From Candidatus Hadarchaeota archaeon (lineage in GTDB: Archaea; CAYQAE01; CAYVLA01), in assembly GCA_964621445.1 (NCBI GenBank), contig CAZUNO010000005.1, positions 57,338 through 121,337 of the forward strand: DNA of 64,000 nt, in the 5' to 3' direction. The position numbers and the translations under genes are program-made. The notes beneath the pieces were generated by a model that was not told where the DNA came from, ran no database searches, and saw only the letters and a program-made list of their open reading frames with translations. Shown here piece by piece: positions 1 to 10,099 of this stretch (positions are counted from its first letter, which is position 1; every line of letters starts with the position of its first letter).

Positions 1-249
1 CTAATTCCCGCCGTAAATGTGGTGGAGGCCATCGGACCTGGTACCCCTGCTTACGGTCATCTGGGTTATGGAATCACTCTGGATGCATCCGAGCAAAAAA
101 CGGTATGGCCAGGCTGGTATCTAGGCCTTCCGGTGGTAACCGACACCAAGTATAATGCAACGGTAACCATATACGACAGTCTAGGGGGAGGGGTCACCGT
201 GCTTAACGACCCCTATGTGCACACCTTCTGGGTGGAACCGAGCAGCTAG
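1..249 (+). CDS. C-terminal fragment of a hypothetical, probably secreted beta-rich protein (5' end outside window)
   Basis: Frame 1 is open from position 1 (LIPAVNVVEAIGP...) to TAG at 247-249; co-oriented with the downstream surface-protein genes. Confidence 0.55.
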   Translation, partial: LIPAVNVVEAIGPGTPAYGHLGYGITLDASEQKTVWPGWYLGLPVVTDTKYNATVTIYDSLGGGVTVLNDPYVHTFWVEPSS

Positions 250-275
250 CAGCAGGCGAAACCAGGGTGTGAACA

Positions 276-3200
276 TTGAATTATAACAGAACTCATCGCA
301 CAATCGGTATCGCACTGTTGCTATGTGTGGTCTTGTCCGGGCCCGCTTTCGCACAATCCTACTCTTTATCCTTGGATTCCCCCTCCGGGCAGACCTTCTA
401 CCGTACCAACTCCGTGCCCATAGAGGGAAGACTTACCTACGGGTCCATAGGGATAAGCGGTGCCCTGGTTACCATAGAGATACTGAACCCTAGCGACAAC
501 CTCTTCTTGCAGACCACCGCCCTCACCAACGGCAGTGGCTACTTCCAGAAGAGCTTCTCCATCCCTGGAGGAGCACCCATCGGCACCTATGACGTGAGCG
601 TCTTCTGCTTCGGCGAGAGAGATCAATCAACCTTCTCGGTGGCCGATACACCTCTGGAAGTCGACCCCACTTCCTGGACCATCGGCGACTATGGATATGT
701 ATTAACCAACTCATCCGTTGGTGACAAGGTCTTCAACCTCTCAAACTCGGACACCACGAGTCACCAGGCCACCATCACCCATCCCGATTTCCTCTCCTTC
801 GGCTCCAACAGCTCAGGGTTTAACGTCACCGTACCGGCCACCGGCAGCATTAATCTGGTGGTGACCGATGTCAACACCTCCAGCGAGGGGGATTATTCGG
901 GAGATATCGTAATCACCTCGTCCGCCGGAACGTTGAATATCCCGGTGAGCATGAAGGTCAGGGACACCCTTTCACCTGATGTGGATGTCACCCCGGCTTC
1001 CTGGCACCTGGTCACCTACAGGAGTTCCGGCGAAACCGAGTCCTTCAACGTGGCCAACAGCGGGAACCAGGGGGTCGATGTCTCGGTAAGCGAATCAATT
1101 GACGATCTCACAATACTTGATGACTGGGCTTCCTCATTCTACCTCCCCCCTGACACCTCCAGGACCTTTAGGGCCTGGGCCAACACCACCCTCAGCGGAC
1201 GGATACTTGGAAACATCAGTGTAAACATCAGTGTCGATCACGTCTCCACCACAAATATCGATGTTAACATCACCATCACCAACCGTCCTCCCACGGTTCA
1301 GGTGGACTCACCGGACAATGGTTCCACCCTGGTGGGCACCAGCACCATCGAGATATCTGGAGATGACCCCGATGGTGACCCGGTAACCTATCACATCACC
1401 CTAGTCAACGCTACCAATACCGCTAACCGCTCCACCTACCCCGGGAGCACCTATGACTGGCCGACCATGTCCTCCCCCGAGGGATGGTATCTGGTCATTG
1501 GAAACGCCACCGACGGCGAGGATTCGGTTTCCGACAGCGTAATGGTCCAGGTGATCCATAACCGGCCCCCCACAGCCTCCGACCCCTCTGCCTCGGATAT
1601 CTCCAATAGCCATTCCTTCATAGTGGAGAGCTCCATATCGGACCCTGATGGGGATGACGTAACCGCCACCCTGTTCCACAGGGAACAGGGCTCGGGAAGC
1701 TGGTCAACCAAGACCATGTCGGGTTCAGCTCCCGGTACCTACTCAGCAACCATTACAACCTCCGACTACTCGGTGGGAGATACGGTGGAGTTCTATGTCC
1801 AGGCCGAGGACATCCCTCGAGGGGCGACATACACCACATCAACCTCCACACATACCCTGCCCAATGACCCGCCTTCCGTGGGGACCCCCTCCATATCAGC
1901 ATCGGACGAGGCCCATTCCCTGGACGTAACCGCCTCGGTCAGCGACCCTAACGGTGATACCGTGGGGGCCACCCTCCGGCACAGGCAGTTCGCAGCGGGC
2001 ACCTGGAACACCAAACCCATGATCGTGGGCGGGGGCACGGCGTCCGCTTCCATATCACCTGATGACGGCTACGCAGCCGGCCAGCTCATAGAGGTCCAGG
2101 TAGTGGCATCTGATGCCTGGACCAGCAGCACCTCACCCATCAACACCGGGCTCATAGCCAATGCCGCCCCGGAGATCGGGGAAATCCAGGAGGCGGGAGG
2201 AACCGGGCACACCCTTGAGATCAAGGCACCGGTTACCGAGCCCGACGGGGATGAGCTCGAATCCGTTACCCTCCACTTCCGGGAGTCCGGAGATAGCTAT
2301 TCAACCAAGGATATGACACTCTCGGGCGGACTCTTCCAGGCCACCATAGGGCCATCCGATGGCCTCGACGTGGACGCCACCATAGAGTACAAGATCGTAG
2401 CCGCGGACGAATACGGGGCCGAGGACCAAACCCCGGTCCAGACATCTCAACTCGGCAACGCCGGACCCAGCATCGGCCAGCCTTCAAACCAGGACAGCGA
2501 TGACCAGCACTCCTTCCTAATAACCTTCCCGGTAAGCGACGTGGACGGGGACTCCATCGTTTCAGCACTTCTGTTCCACCGGATTTACGGAACGGTACCC
2601 TGGGCCCAGAAGGCTGCTACCGTATCATCGGGACAGGCAACGGTGGGAATCAGCCTCGACGACGGCTATCGACCCATCCACACCGTGGAGTACAAGCTCG
2701 AGGTGGAGGACGAGTACGGGGCCACATCCACATCGCCAAGTCACACCCACAAGATACCAAATCACGGGCCCGATTTCTCCGATATTCAATACAGTAACCT
2801 ATCAGGCCAACACGCGGTTTCCATATCGGCATCAATAACTGACGTCGATGGCGACTCGATCCTCCAGGCCCTCCTGGAACACAGGGAACAGGGGTCCGAG
2901 GAATGGAACACCAAGCCCATGTCCCTCTCCTCCGGGGTAGCATCGGTCAACCTGGGCACCGAGGATGGATATGAGCCCGACACCCCAATACAGTACCGGA
3001 TAACCTCCAGCGATCAGTACGGGGCGTCGAGCACCTCGGGTACCCAACAGCTCTCATTGCCCAACCTGGACCCAGAGGCCGGGGATGTCGGCTACCTTGG
3101 CATGGTGGGACATCAATTGAAGATAACCTCGACCATATCCGACCCCGAGGGAGACCCACTACAGGCGGTTCTCCAGCACCGGGAGAAGGGATCCGGGTCC

Positions 3201-5852
3201 TGGCAACAGGTCGATATGCTGCTAAGCGGGAGCCAGGCAACATACACCCTGGATACACCGAATGGCTACGAACCAAACCAGAGAGTTGAGTTCCGGGTCC
3301 TAGTGACCGATTCCTATGGAGGACAGGGCGTTTCCCTGACCAGGGAAGCTAACATTCCAAACCGGGTGCCCATAATCCAGGGGGTGACGGTTGAGGATGA
3401 ACCCGGGACCCATAACTTCTTCGTGGAGATAGATGGTCGGGACCCGGATGGCGACACCCTCTTCCCAACCTGCCAGTATCGAAAGGTTAACAGAACCTCC
3501 TGGTACTCACTGCCCGTTGGTGAGAGGGCGGAAATAGAGGGAGAGCTTGGAAAAACGTATGAAGTCAGGTTCAAATTGACCGATACATACGACGAGAGAT
3601 TCTCAGACATAATCACCCACACCGCTCCCAACTCGGGACCCAGCTTAAGGATAGTCGAGCCCGCAAACCTATCGATCGTTAATGGCACCCAATCCTTGAA
3701 TATCACCGCTTATGACCCGGAGGGCGATCGACTCCAGTTCAGGATCTTCGCCAATGAATCCCTCATCGCCTCTTCCCAGTGGCATACGTGGATCACCACC
3801 CTCTATTCCGATGGCTGGTACAACATATCCTCCTCGGTCACCGACGGACTACTGTCCAATTCAAGCTCAATCATGATCCAGGTGGATAACACACCGGTGG
3901 AGATAACCTCTTTCACCGGGTCAAAGAAATTCGTGAAGACCGGCGATAGTCTGACCTTCAGGGCCAACATGAGCGACTTCACCGGAGTGAGATCGGCGGT
4001 CCTGGACATCGATGGTCATAACTTCACCCTCAAGGACGACGGAGAGAGCAGCGATGACCAGCCAGGCGATGGCATATTCGGCGTTACCATCCAGATACCC
4101 GAAATCGAGGGTGGAAACCGGACGGTAACCCTGACCGCAAAGGATATGGCTAACAACTCCGTGCAGGACCAGGTAAAGATCTGTATGGACCACCTCGACC
4201 CCCAGATACATGGGATCACCACATCCCGCAACTTTACCTCGGAGACGGACCCCACGTTTAACGTGACCCTTGAGGCCACCGATAACTATGCGGTTCACAA
4301 CGTCTCATTCGGCGCCTACATGCTCAATAGAACCGGCGACGACACCTGGTATGGAGAAATCATTGGACCCATAACCGAGGGGCTGCACAACTTCACCGTC
4401 CAGGCCTATGATTTGGCGGGAAGAAACGCCTCCCTGAACTTCGGGCCCCTGGTGGTGGACAATACGGACCCATCCCTCACCCAGGCCAATGCCACCCCAA
4501 CCCTGGTGCAGGCAGGAGATGAGGTCCAGTTCACCATCGGCTGCCAGGACCAGCTTTCAGGGATTTTGCAGGTGTCCATGGAACTGGTCTCCAATATGTC
4601 CCAGGAAGCGACCCATCTGGAGATGGACCTCCTTGACGACGGCCAGAACGGTGACGGCGAGGCCATGGACGGGATATTCGGGGGATCCTTCGTTGTGAAC
4701 TCCACCCTGGCTGACGGTAACTACACCTGCAAGGTGATGGCACTCGACCGATCGGGAAACCTGGCCCTGGACAGGAACGCAGGTATAATAATAGACAATA
4801 CGGAGCCCACCATGGACCTGGAATTCCCCGAAGGGCCAACCTACAGGATTCTGGTTAATGCCGAGGACCAAAATGGCATAGAGGGAATCGAAATAATGAT
4901 CAATGGTTCCCTGGCAGCGCGGTCCGATGAAAACTCGTACCTGTGGACCCCCGACCTCCAGGAGCTTGACGGACACTCAAACATGACCGTGGTGTGCTTT
5001 GATTCCCTCAACCACAGCACCAACATAAGCCTCCCCTTATGGGTCATCAACGGGAGCAGGGTGATGACCGGTGATCCCGAGGACCTCCGCCTATACCTGC
5101 CCTCCCAGGAGATAAACATACCAGTTCAATTTACGGGAACCGCCTTTGTGGAGAATCTTACCGAGGAGAACAATTTCACCGCTACCCTGGAGTTTTCCAG
5201 GGCAAGCGAATGGGCCTACACCGAGGTCCCGATAGAGACCAACAGGACCATCCTCTTCGTGGCCCGGCCTGACGGGGAAAAGGTGCCCGATGAACAATGG
5301 TGGGAAGAGACGAGAAACGATCAGAGAATTCTCTGTCTGGCCGAGAATTCACCCTCGGACGGGCCCTACGTGGTACAGTTCCAGCCGCCTCCCAAGGAGG
5401 GGCTGCCAATTTCATTGTTCCTCAAGGTCCTGCTGGCCGCCTTGCTTCTAGGCCTTTCCTTCGTGCTGGTCAGGGGCCAAATCCCAGGACTTGAGCGGAG
5501 AGAAGAGAGAGCCCCCCTGGTGCCTCGGCCATTGGAGAGGCCCCCTCCGGAAGAGGTGGAGGAAAAGCCGGCGCCAGCCGAGATAGAGGCGGGAACGGAA
5601 AAAGGACTCCCTGAGGAGAAGCCGGCTCCCAAGCCCAAAAAGCCGGCCAAGAAGCCACCTAGAAAGGAAAAGCCCCGGAGAAAACCACAGGAACAGGTCT
5701 CAGTACCCCGGCCCGGGGATCGGAAAATGCCCAAGAAACCCCACGTCCCGGCCCGGCCCCGTGTGGATGAGAAGAGCCAGCCCTCGGCCTTCTCAAGATT
5801 CCTCGATAAGTTAAAGAGCATGTTCCAGAAGAAAAAGAAGGGCGGGCTTTAA
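276..5852 (+). CDS. Very large (1858 aa) membrane-anchored surface glycoprotein/adhesin with tandem Ig/cadherin-like domains
   Basis: TTG start; signal peptide (IGIALLLCVVLSGPAFA|QSY); repeated NxxP...DPDGD Ig-like units; two LxDDGxxxDxxxxDGIF motifs (choice-of-anchor-X-like); many N-x-S/T sequons; TM helix (LFLKVLLAALLLGLSFVLV) followed by a Pro/Lys/Glu-rich tail. Confidence 0.85.
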   Translation: MNYNRTHRTIGIALLLCVVLSGPAFAQSYSLSLDSPSGQTFYRTNSVPIEGRLTYGSIGISGALVTIEILNPSDNLFLQTTALTNGSGYFQKSFSIPGGAPIGTYDVSVFCFGERDQSTFSVADTPLEVDPTSWTIGDYGYVLTNSSVGDKVFNLSNSDTTSHQATITHPDFLSFGSNSSGFNVTVPATGSINLVVTDVNTSSEGDYSGDIVITSSAGTLNIPVSMKVRDTLSPDVDVTPASWHLVTYRSSGETESFNVANSGNQGVDVSVSESIDDLTILDDWASSFYLPPDTSRTFRAWANTTLSGRILGNISVNISVDHVSTTNIDVNITITNRPPTVQVDSPDNGSTLVGTSTIEISGDDPDGDPVTYHITLVNATNTANRSTYPGSTYDWPTMSSPEGWYLVIGNATDGEDSVSDSVMVQVIHNRPPTASDPSASDISNSHSFIVESSISDPDGDDVTATLFHREQGSGSWSTKTMSGSAPGTYSATITTSDYSVGDTVEFYVQAEDIPRGATYTTSTSTHTLPNDPPSVGTPSISASDEAHSLDVTASVSDPNGDTVGATLRHRQFAAGTWNTKPMIVGGGTASASISPDDGYAAGQLIEVQVVASDAWTSSTSPINTGLIANAAPEIGEIQEAGGTGHTLEIKAPVTEPDGDELESVTLHFRESGDSYSTKDMTLSGGLFQATIGPSDGLDVDATIEYKIVAADEYGAEDQTPVQTSQLGNAGPSIGQPSNQDSDDQHSFLITFPVSDVDGDSIVSALLFHRIYGTVPWAQKAATVSSGQATVGISLDDGYRPIHTVEYKLEVEDEYGATSTSPSHTHKIPNHGPDFSDIQYSNLSGQHAVSISASITDVDGDSILQALLEHREQGSEEWNTKPMSLSSGVASVNLGTEDGYEPDTPIQYRITSSDQYGASSTSGTQQLSLPNLDPEAGDVGYLGMVGHQLKITSTISDPEGDPLQAVLQHREKGSGSWQQVDMLLSGSQATYTLDTPNGYEPNQRVEFRVLVTDSYGGQGVSLTREANIPNRVPIIQGVTVEDEPGTHNFFVEIDGRDPDGDTLFPTCQYRKVNRTSWYSLPVGERAEIEGELGKTYEVRFKLTDTYDERFSDIITHTAPNSGPSLRIVEPANLSIVNGTQSLNITAYDPEGDRLQFRIFANESLIASSQWHTWITTLYSDGWYNISSSVTDGLLSNSSSIMIQVDNTPVEITSFTGSKKFVKTGDSLTFRANMSDFTGVRSAVLDIDGHNFTLKDDGESSDDQPGDGIFGVTIQIPEIEGGNRTVTLTAKDMANNSVQDQVKICMDHLDPQIHGITTSRNFTSETDPTFNVTLEATDNYAVHNVSFGAYMLNRTGDDTWYGEIIGPITEGLHNFTVQAYDLAGRNASLNFGPLVVDNTDPSLTQANATPTLVQAGDEVQFTIGCQDQLSGILQVSMELVSNMSQEATHLEMDLLDDGQNGDGEAMDGIFGGSFVVNSTLADGNYTCKVMALDRSGNLALDRNAGIIIDNTEPTMDLEFPEGPTYRILVNAEDQNGIEGIEIMINGSLAARSDENSYLWTPDLQELDGHSNMTVVCFDSLNHSTNISLPLWVINGSRVMTGDPEDLRLYLPSQEINIPVQFTGTAFVENLTEENNFTATLEFSRASEWAYTEVPIETNRTILFVARPDGEKVPDEQWWEETRNDQRILCLAENSPSDGPYVVQFQPPPKEGLPISLFLKVLLAALLLGLSFVLVRGQIPGLERREERAPLVPRPLERPPPEEVEEKPAPAEIEAGTEKGLPEEKPAPKPKKPAKKPPRKEKPRRKPQEQVSVPRPGDRKMPKKPHVPARPRVDEKSQPSAFSRFLDKLKSMFQKKKKGGL
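1557..3626 (+). repeat. Seven tandem ~100-aa diverged protein repeats (~300-nt period) within the surface protein
   Basis: Units start at about 1557, 1859, 2156, 2454, 2757, 3060 and 3357; consensus NxxP-x(n)-H-x-(F/L/V)...D(P/V)DGD...LxHRxxGxxxWxxxxM...DGY...(V/I)EY...DxYGA. Confidence 0.85.
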
Positions 5853-5938
5853 GGTCCCTCGGGCGCTGTGATTCTCTTGAAAAAGCGGCCTTCGGGCCCG
5901 ATTCGATATAAATCGGAGGCGGGCTTAACCCATGCGAA

Positions 5939-8900
5939 ATGCCTATTTCCCGCTCCAAATTATTGATTCTGGCGTACAGCCTGGGGTTATTGGCGGTATT
6001 ATCGACTGCATCCGGAGTGGAACCACCCTCGGAATACCGGCTCCCGGAACACCTGTGGATCAAGGAACATGGAAGTCCAGCCACCGAATGGGCTCAATAT
6101 GCAAACTCATCAGACCCACTTAAACTATCATCATCCTATTCCAAGTTAGATATCGCCTACGTGGTCAGGAGCAGGGACCCTGACGAAGTGGTAAATACCA
6201 CCCTGATAATTTACCGGAACTCCATGACCAGGAAGCGCTTCCTGGATAACGGAACCCTGCTCAAAAACGAGATCTCAATAAACTGGCCCCAGGGATATCA
6301 AAACGAAACCAACGTCTCGGTCGAACCATTCTGGGTCTGGAGGGAAACCAAGGGGAGCGGGGATAGCTACATGGGGTACTCCTACTACCTATTTCTAGCC
6401 ACCTTCGATCCCTGCAGGTATTCCGGGTACTTCCAACTCAGGGTGAACGTGACCGGTCTCCCGGGCGGCTCCTCCTGGCAATCACCAGACGGAAACCCAA
6501 ACGTGCCCTGGACCTTCTTTAACCTCCCATCGGAATCCAGTGTAGAGGTCGAACCCTACAGGCCTGGTAGCCCCCTCCGGGCCAGTTCAAGGATAAACGT
6601 AACCGCTTTCGGCCAGCCGGCCAAGGGGACTCCGGCCAGGTCCGATTATGAGATACTAATCGACGGTAAAAGCTGGGCCACCGGGACCTGCTACGGCAGC
6701 AGCTTTTTCCTAAATGGGAGGCATATTCCCCGATATCTGGAACCAGGAACCCACACCATCACGGTGATATGCGGTGAGGTGGCGTCCAGCACCCCTTTAA
6801 TTACCACCCAATGGCAGGTCGAGCTGGAGGCAGTGGTAAACGCCACCATACCTGGCGGCCCTCCGATAACCCTGAGGGGCAGGGGATTCCCACCTAATGA
6901 ACACTTCTCCATCTATCACGGACCACCAGGTGGAAATAAATCATCACTGTGCTCCGGGGCAATCTCGCCCCACGGAAACTTCACCGTCAACTACTCCTTC
7001 CCAAAGAACACCTCACTGGGAATTCATAACTTAACGGCCTCCGCAACCCAGCTATCCGGACCTCCAACCGCCTGGGCCCTGGTCAGCCTCGATCCCTGGT
7101 CCGTAAACCTCACGGTCCAGCCAGAGGTTTTGTACCAGGGCGAGTTTCTATGGATAAATGGATCCAGATACCCGGCTGATTCCCATTTCGAGATATATAT
7201 AGATGGAGATGTTCTTTACAGCGCAAACACCGACAAGAATGGCACCTTTTCTCACCGAGTCTGGACCCTTAACCCGGACTTCTCCCCGGGACTACACACC
7301 ATCTCCGCAAATGCTACCGGATACGGCGGACCTCCCTGCGGAATGGTCCACATAGAGGTGCTGGAATTCAACGCCACCCTGTCAGTAAGTCCAAAAGGCC
7401 CTCACCCAGGAACCGATATCCGGATATCGGGATCGGGCTTCCCCCCTAACGCATTGATGGAGGTAACCCTCTCCTCCCAGGTACTTGGCCAGACGGTCTC
7501 TAGCCATAAGGGTGGGTTCAACTATGTCTGTACCATACCCGACCAGTTCCCCCTGGGAGAACACCAACTACGGGCCATTGCAATCGATTATGACGGGCCA
7601 ACCCTGGGTAGTCTGCCCATCAACATAACCGGGTGGCCGGTGGAAGTCGAGGTGGCGGATGCAGGATGGCACCCCGGAGGCTGGGTTTCACTCACCGGAT
7701 GTGGCATGCCTCCACAATCGAGCTTCGAACTCACCATCAACGAGACGGCCCTCGGGGAATGGCAATCGGACGCGGATGGCAGATTCCAGGTCACAACCGA
7801 CCTTCCCATGTCACTCAAAAACCTCACCTATTTAATCAAGATCGCGGTTCCCGGATACTCCGGACCGCCTACCTGGGTGCGTACGGTCAGTATAAGGGGA
7901 TGGAAGCCCCAACTGGATTTGACGCCTCGGAACGCCCGTCCCGGCGAGATGATCGAGGTCAATGGCCATGGTTTCCCCAGGGAGAGAAAATTCCAGGTTC
8001 TCCTCGACGGAAACGATCTCGGAGCGGGAACCACGTCCAGCAACGGCACCCTCAACGCATATATCTTCCTGGCCAGAAACGCCTCGACCGGAACCCACAT
8101 CCTCAACCTTTCCCTGGATTTTCCCAACCTGACCCCGACCCTCGAAAATTTTACCATCATTGATTGGAACCCAGCTCTCCGCATCCAGCCATGGTTCGGT
8201 GGCCCCGAAACCGAGATCAGTCTCTCGGCCACTGGATTTCCTCCCAACAACCCGATTATCATTCACTGGGATGAAGAACAGGTCAAGACTGTCGCGTCAT
8301 CTTCCAATGGCTCGATTCAAGAAACCATCGATTGCTCGGGCGAGGAGAATCAGTACCATCATATCCACCTTGGCACCCAGGAGGGGTTTACCGGGAGCCC
8401 CTCGGCATCCGCATTCTTCTACCTCGGGCAGGACCCTCCCTCGCCCTCCATATATGCAGCTAACTCCACCGGAAACTCCCTCAGCTGTTACTTCCCCAAT
8501 CAAACCGTGTTCTGCAGCGGTGTGGGACTTCCGCCCACTGAGGCATCCCTGCATACCATTAACAGGAGCAATGACCAGGTCATCGTAACCGAGACCATCA
8601 ACATAGGCCCCGGTGGGGGCTTCCACCTCCCCATCATGGAAAATATCTCCATTCCCGGCACCTACGGTTTCTGGATGGACCTCAATGGAAATCTAATAGT
8701 TGATTCAAATGACCAACGGTCACCCGACTTCGAATGCAGGACCAGGCCGGAGATAGGGCTCAAATCCCTCAAACCGGACAAGACCTGCGCCGTGCAGGGG
8801 GAGGCCATCGATATCCGGCTGACCGCGGTAAACGACGGGGACCATGCCGACGATGTAACAATCCTGCTCCATCACGGGGAAACGAGGATAGGTTCCCTGA

Positions 8901-10099
8901 ACATGGCTCTCCCACCTCTTACCGAGCAGGAGGTTACATTCACCTGGCATACCTCCACCGTTAATCCCGGGGAAAGGCCCATTTGGGCCCAAGCCCAACC
9001 CCTAGGCGGGGAGATCGATCTCGGGGATAACGATCTGAAAGGACCGGATATCAGGATCCTCTCCCCTCCGGAGATAGTGGTGAAATCGTTATCCCCCCGG
9101 AAAAGGCGGGCCAAGAGCGGGGAGGTAATCAAACTAGAGGTCGTTTTCGAGAACAGGGGCAGCCGGGCCCAGTTCTTCTCCTTCGACTTGATCTGGGGAG
9201 AAATCACCGTACTCACCGACAGCCTGACCATCGGGCCCGGCACCACCAATCCCGTTATCCTCGACTGGAATACGAGCGGGGTGAGTCCGGGCATCCGGCG
9301 AATAAGGGTGGTGACCGATTCCATTCCCTTTGAGGTCAACCCTAGCAACAATGATCTGGCCTCGGGCAGAATAGAGATAATGCCCCCTAATTCCCTCCCC
9401 ACCTCGATCCCCGGTGGTCCCTATGAGGCCCTTTCAGGCTTCCCCCTCCTTCTCAACGGCTCCAGCAGCTGGGATCAGGATGGAACCATCAACTCCTATC
9501 TCTGGGACCTGGGCGATGGGTCAAATGCCACGGGGCCTATTATCCACCATACCTATGAGGGGGCAGGGCGCTTTGATATAGGCCTCACGGTGATCGATGC
9601 TGATGGGGATTCTGCCACGGGGATCTCAACCGTCCAGGTCCTCAATACCTCAAGCATATCCATTTCTCCATGTAACGAGAATGGAACTACTAGAGATGTT
9701 TTCTCCTCCCAGGACGACATATACCTCGCCCTGGAAGCACCAACAAGCATCAGGGCCCGGGTGTATCTGGCCCCCAGATATTCCTATAACGAGAACGGGT
9801 CCTTAGGAGATGTGTCCATGGCCAGCCGCGCCATGATTACCGGAGCCGATGTCTCCCATCTGATCTGGCCGGCGAGGAATTCACTTCCAGGGAGCTACGA
9901 TCTGGTACTTGACGTGGATTCCGATGGAATATTTAATCCCCGAAGGGATCCCACCTACTCGTCGTTCCTGGTAATCCCAGAGAGATCGCTGTGGATCGCC
10001 CTCCTCGTCCTGCCCTTAATTCTAGCAATCCCAAAGAAAGAGTGTAACACATGGACCGAAAGCAATCAACCCACCTCCGATCGGCATTACTCCTTCTGA
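5939..10099 (+). CDS. Large secreted surface protein: ~6 IPT/Ig-like repeats, 2 CARDB-like domains, PKD domain, C-terminal IPE+TM sorting-like signal
   Basis: Signal peptide; repeated IxGxGFPPN units; CARDB-like NxG...F.W.T...G...ExxxxNN; PKD motif SSSWDQDGTINSYLWDLGDG...HTY...LTVID; C-terminal VIPE-hydrophobic-KK. Confidence 0.85.
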   Translation: MPISRSKLLILAYSLGLLAVLSTASGVEPPSEYRLPEHLWIKEHGSPATEWAQYANSSDPLKLSSSYSKLDIAYVVRSRDPDEVVNTTLIIYRNSMTRKRFLDNGTLLKNEISINWPQGYQNETNVSVEPFWVWRETKGSGDSYMGYSYYLFLATFDPCRYSGYFQLRVNVTGLPGGSSWQSPDGNPNVPWTFFNLPSESSVEVEPYRPGSPLRASSRINVTAFGQPAKGTPARSDYEILIDGKSWATGTCYGSSFFLNGRHIPRYLEPGTHTITVICGEVASSTPLITTQWQVELEAVVNATIPGGPPITLRGRGFPPNEHFSIYHGPPGGNKSSLCSGAISPHGNFTVNYSFPKNTSLGIHNLTASATQLSGPPTAWALVSLDPWSVNLTVQPEVLYQGEFLWINGSRYPADSHFEIYIDGDVLYSANTDKNGTFSHRVWTLNPDFSPGLHTISANATGYGGPPCGMVHIEVLEFNATLSVSPKGPHPGTDIRISGSGFPPNALMEVTLSSQVLGQTVSSHKGGFNYVCTIPDQFPLGEHQLRAIAIDYDGPTLGSLPINITGWPVEVEVADAGWHPGGWVSLTGCGMPPQSSFELTINETALGEWQSDADGRFQVTTDLPMSLKNLTYLIKIAVPGYSGPPTWVRTVSIRGWKPQLDLTPRNARPGEMIEVNGHGFPRERKFQVLLDGNDLGAGTTSSNGTLNAYIFLARNASTGTHILNLSLDFPNLTPTLENFTIIDWNPALRIQPWFGGPETEISLSATGFPPNNPIIIHWDEEQVKTVASSSNGSIQETIDCSGEENQYHHIHLGTQEGFTGSPSASAFFYLGQDPPSPSIYAANSTGNSLSCYFPNQTVFCSGVGLPPTEASLHTINRSNDQVIVTETINIGPGGGFHLPIMENISIPGTYGFWMDLNGNLIVDSNDQRSPDFECRTRPEIGLKSLKPDKTCAVQGEAIDIRLTAVNDGDHADDVTILLHHGETRIGSLNMALPPLTEQEVTFTWHTSTVNPGERPIWAQAQPLGGEIDLGDNDLKGPDIRILSPPEIVVKSLSPRKRRAKSGEVIKLEVVFENRGSRAQFFSFDLIWGEITVLTDSLTIGPGTTNPVILDWNTSGVSPGIRRIRVVTDSIPFEVNPSNNDLASGRIEIMPPNSLPTSIPGGPYEALSGFPLLLNGSSSWDQDGTINSYLWDLGDGSNATGPIIHHTYEGAGRFDIGLTVIDADGDSATGISTVQVLNTSSISISPCNENGTTRDVFSSQDDIYLALEAPTSIRARVYLAPRYSYNENGSLGDVSMASRAMITGADVSHLIWPARNSLPGSYDLVLDVDSDGIFNPRRDPTYSSFLVIPERSLWIALLVLPLILAIPKKECNTWTESNQPTSDRHYSF
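6830..8420 (+). repeat. About six tandem ~90-aa GxGFPPN Ig-like repeats
   Basis: GRGFPPN, GSRYPAD, GSGFPPN, GCGMPPQ, GHGFPRE and ATGFPPN at roughly 270-nt spacing, each followed by a GxF motif. Confidence 0.75.
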
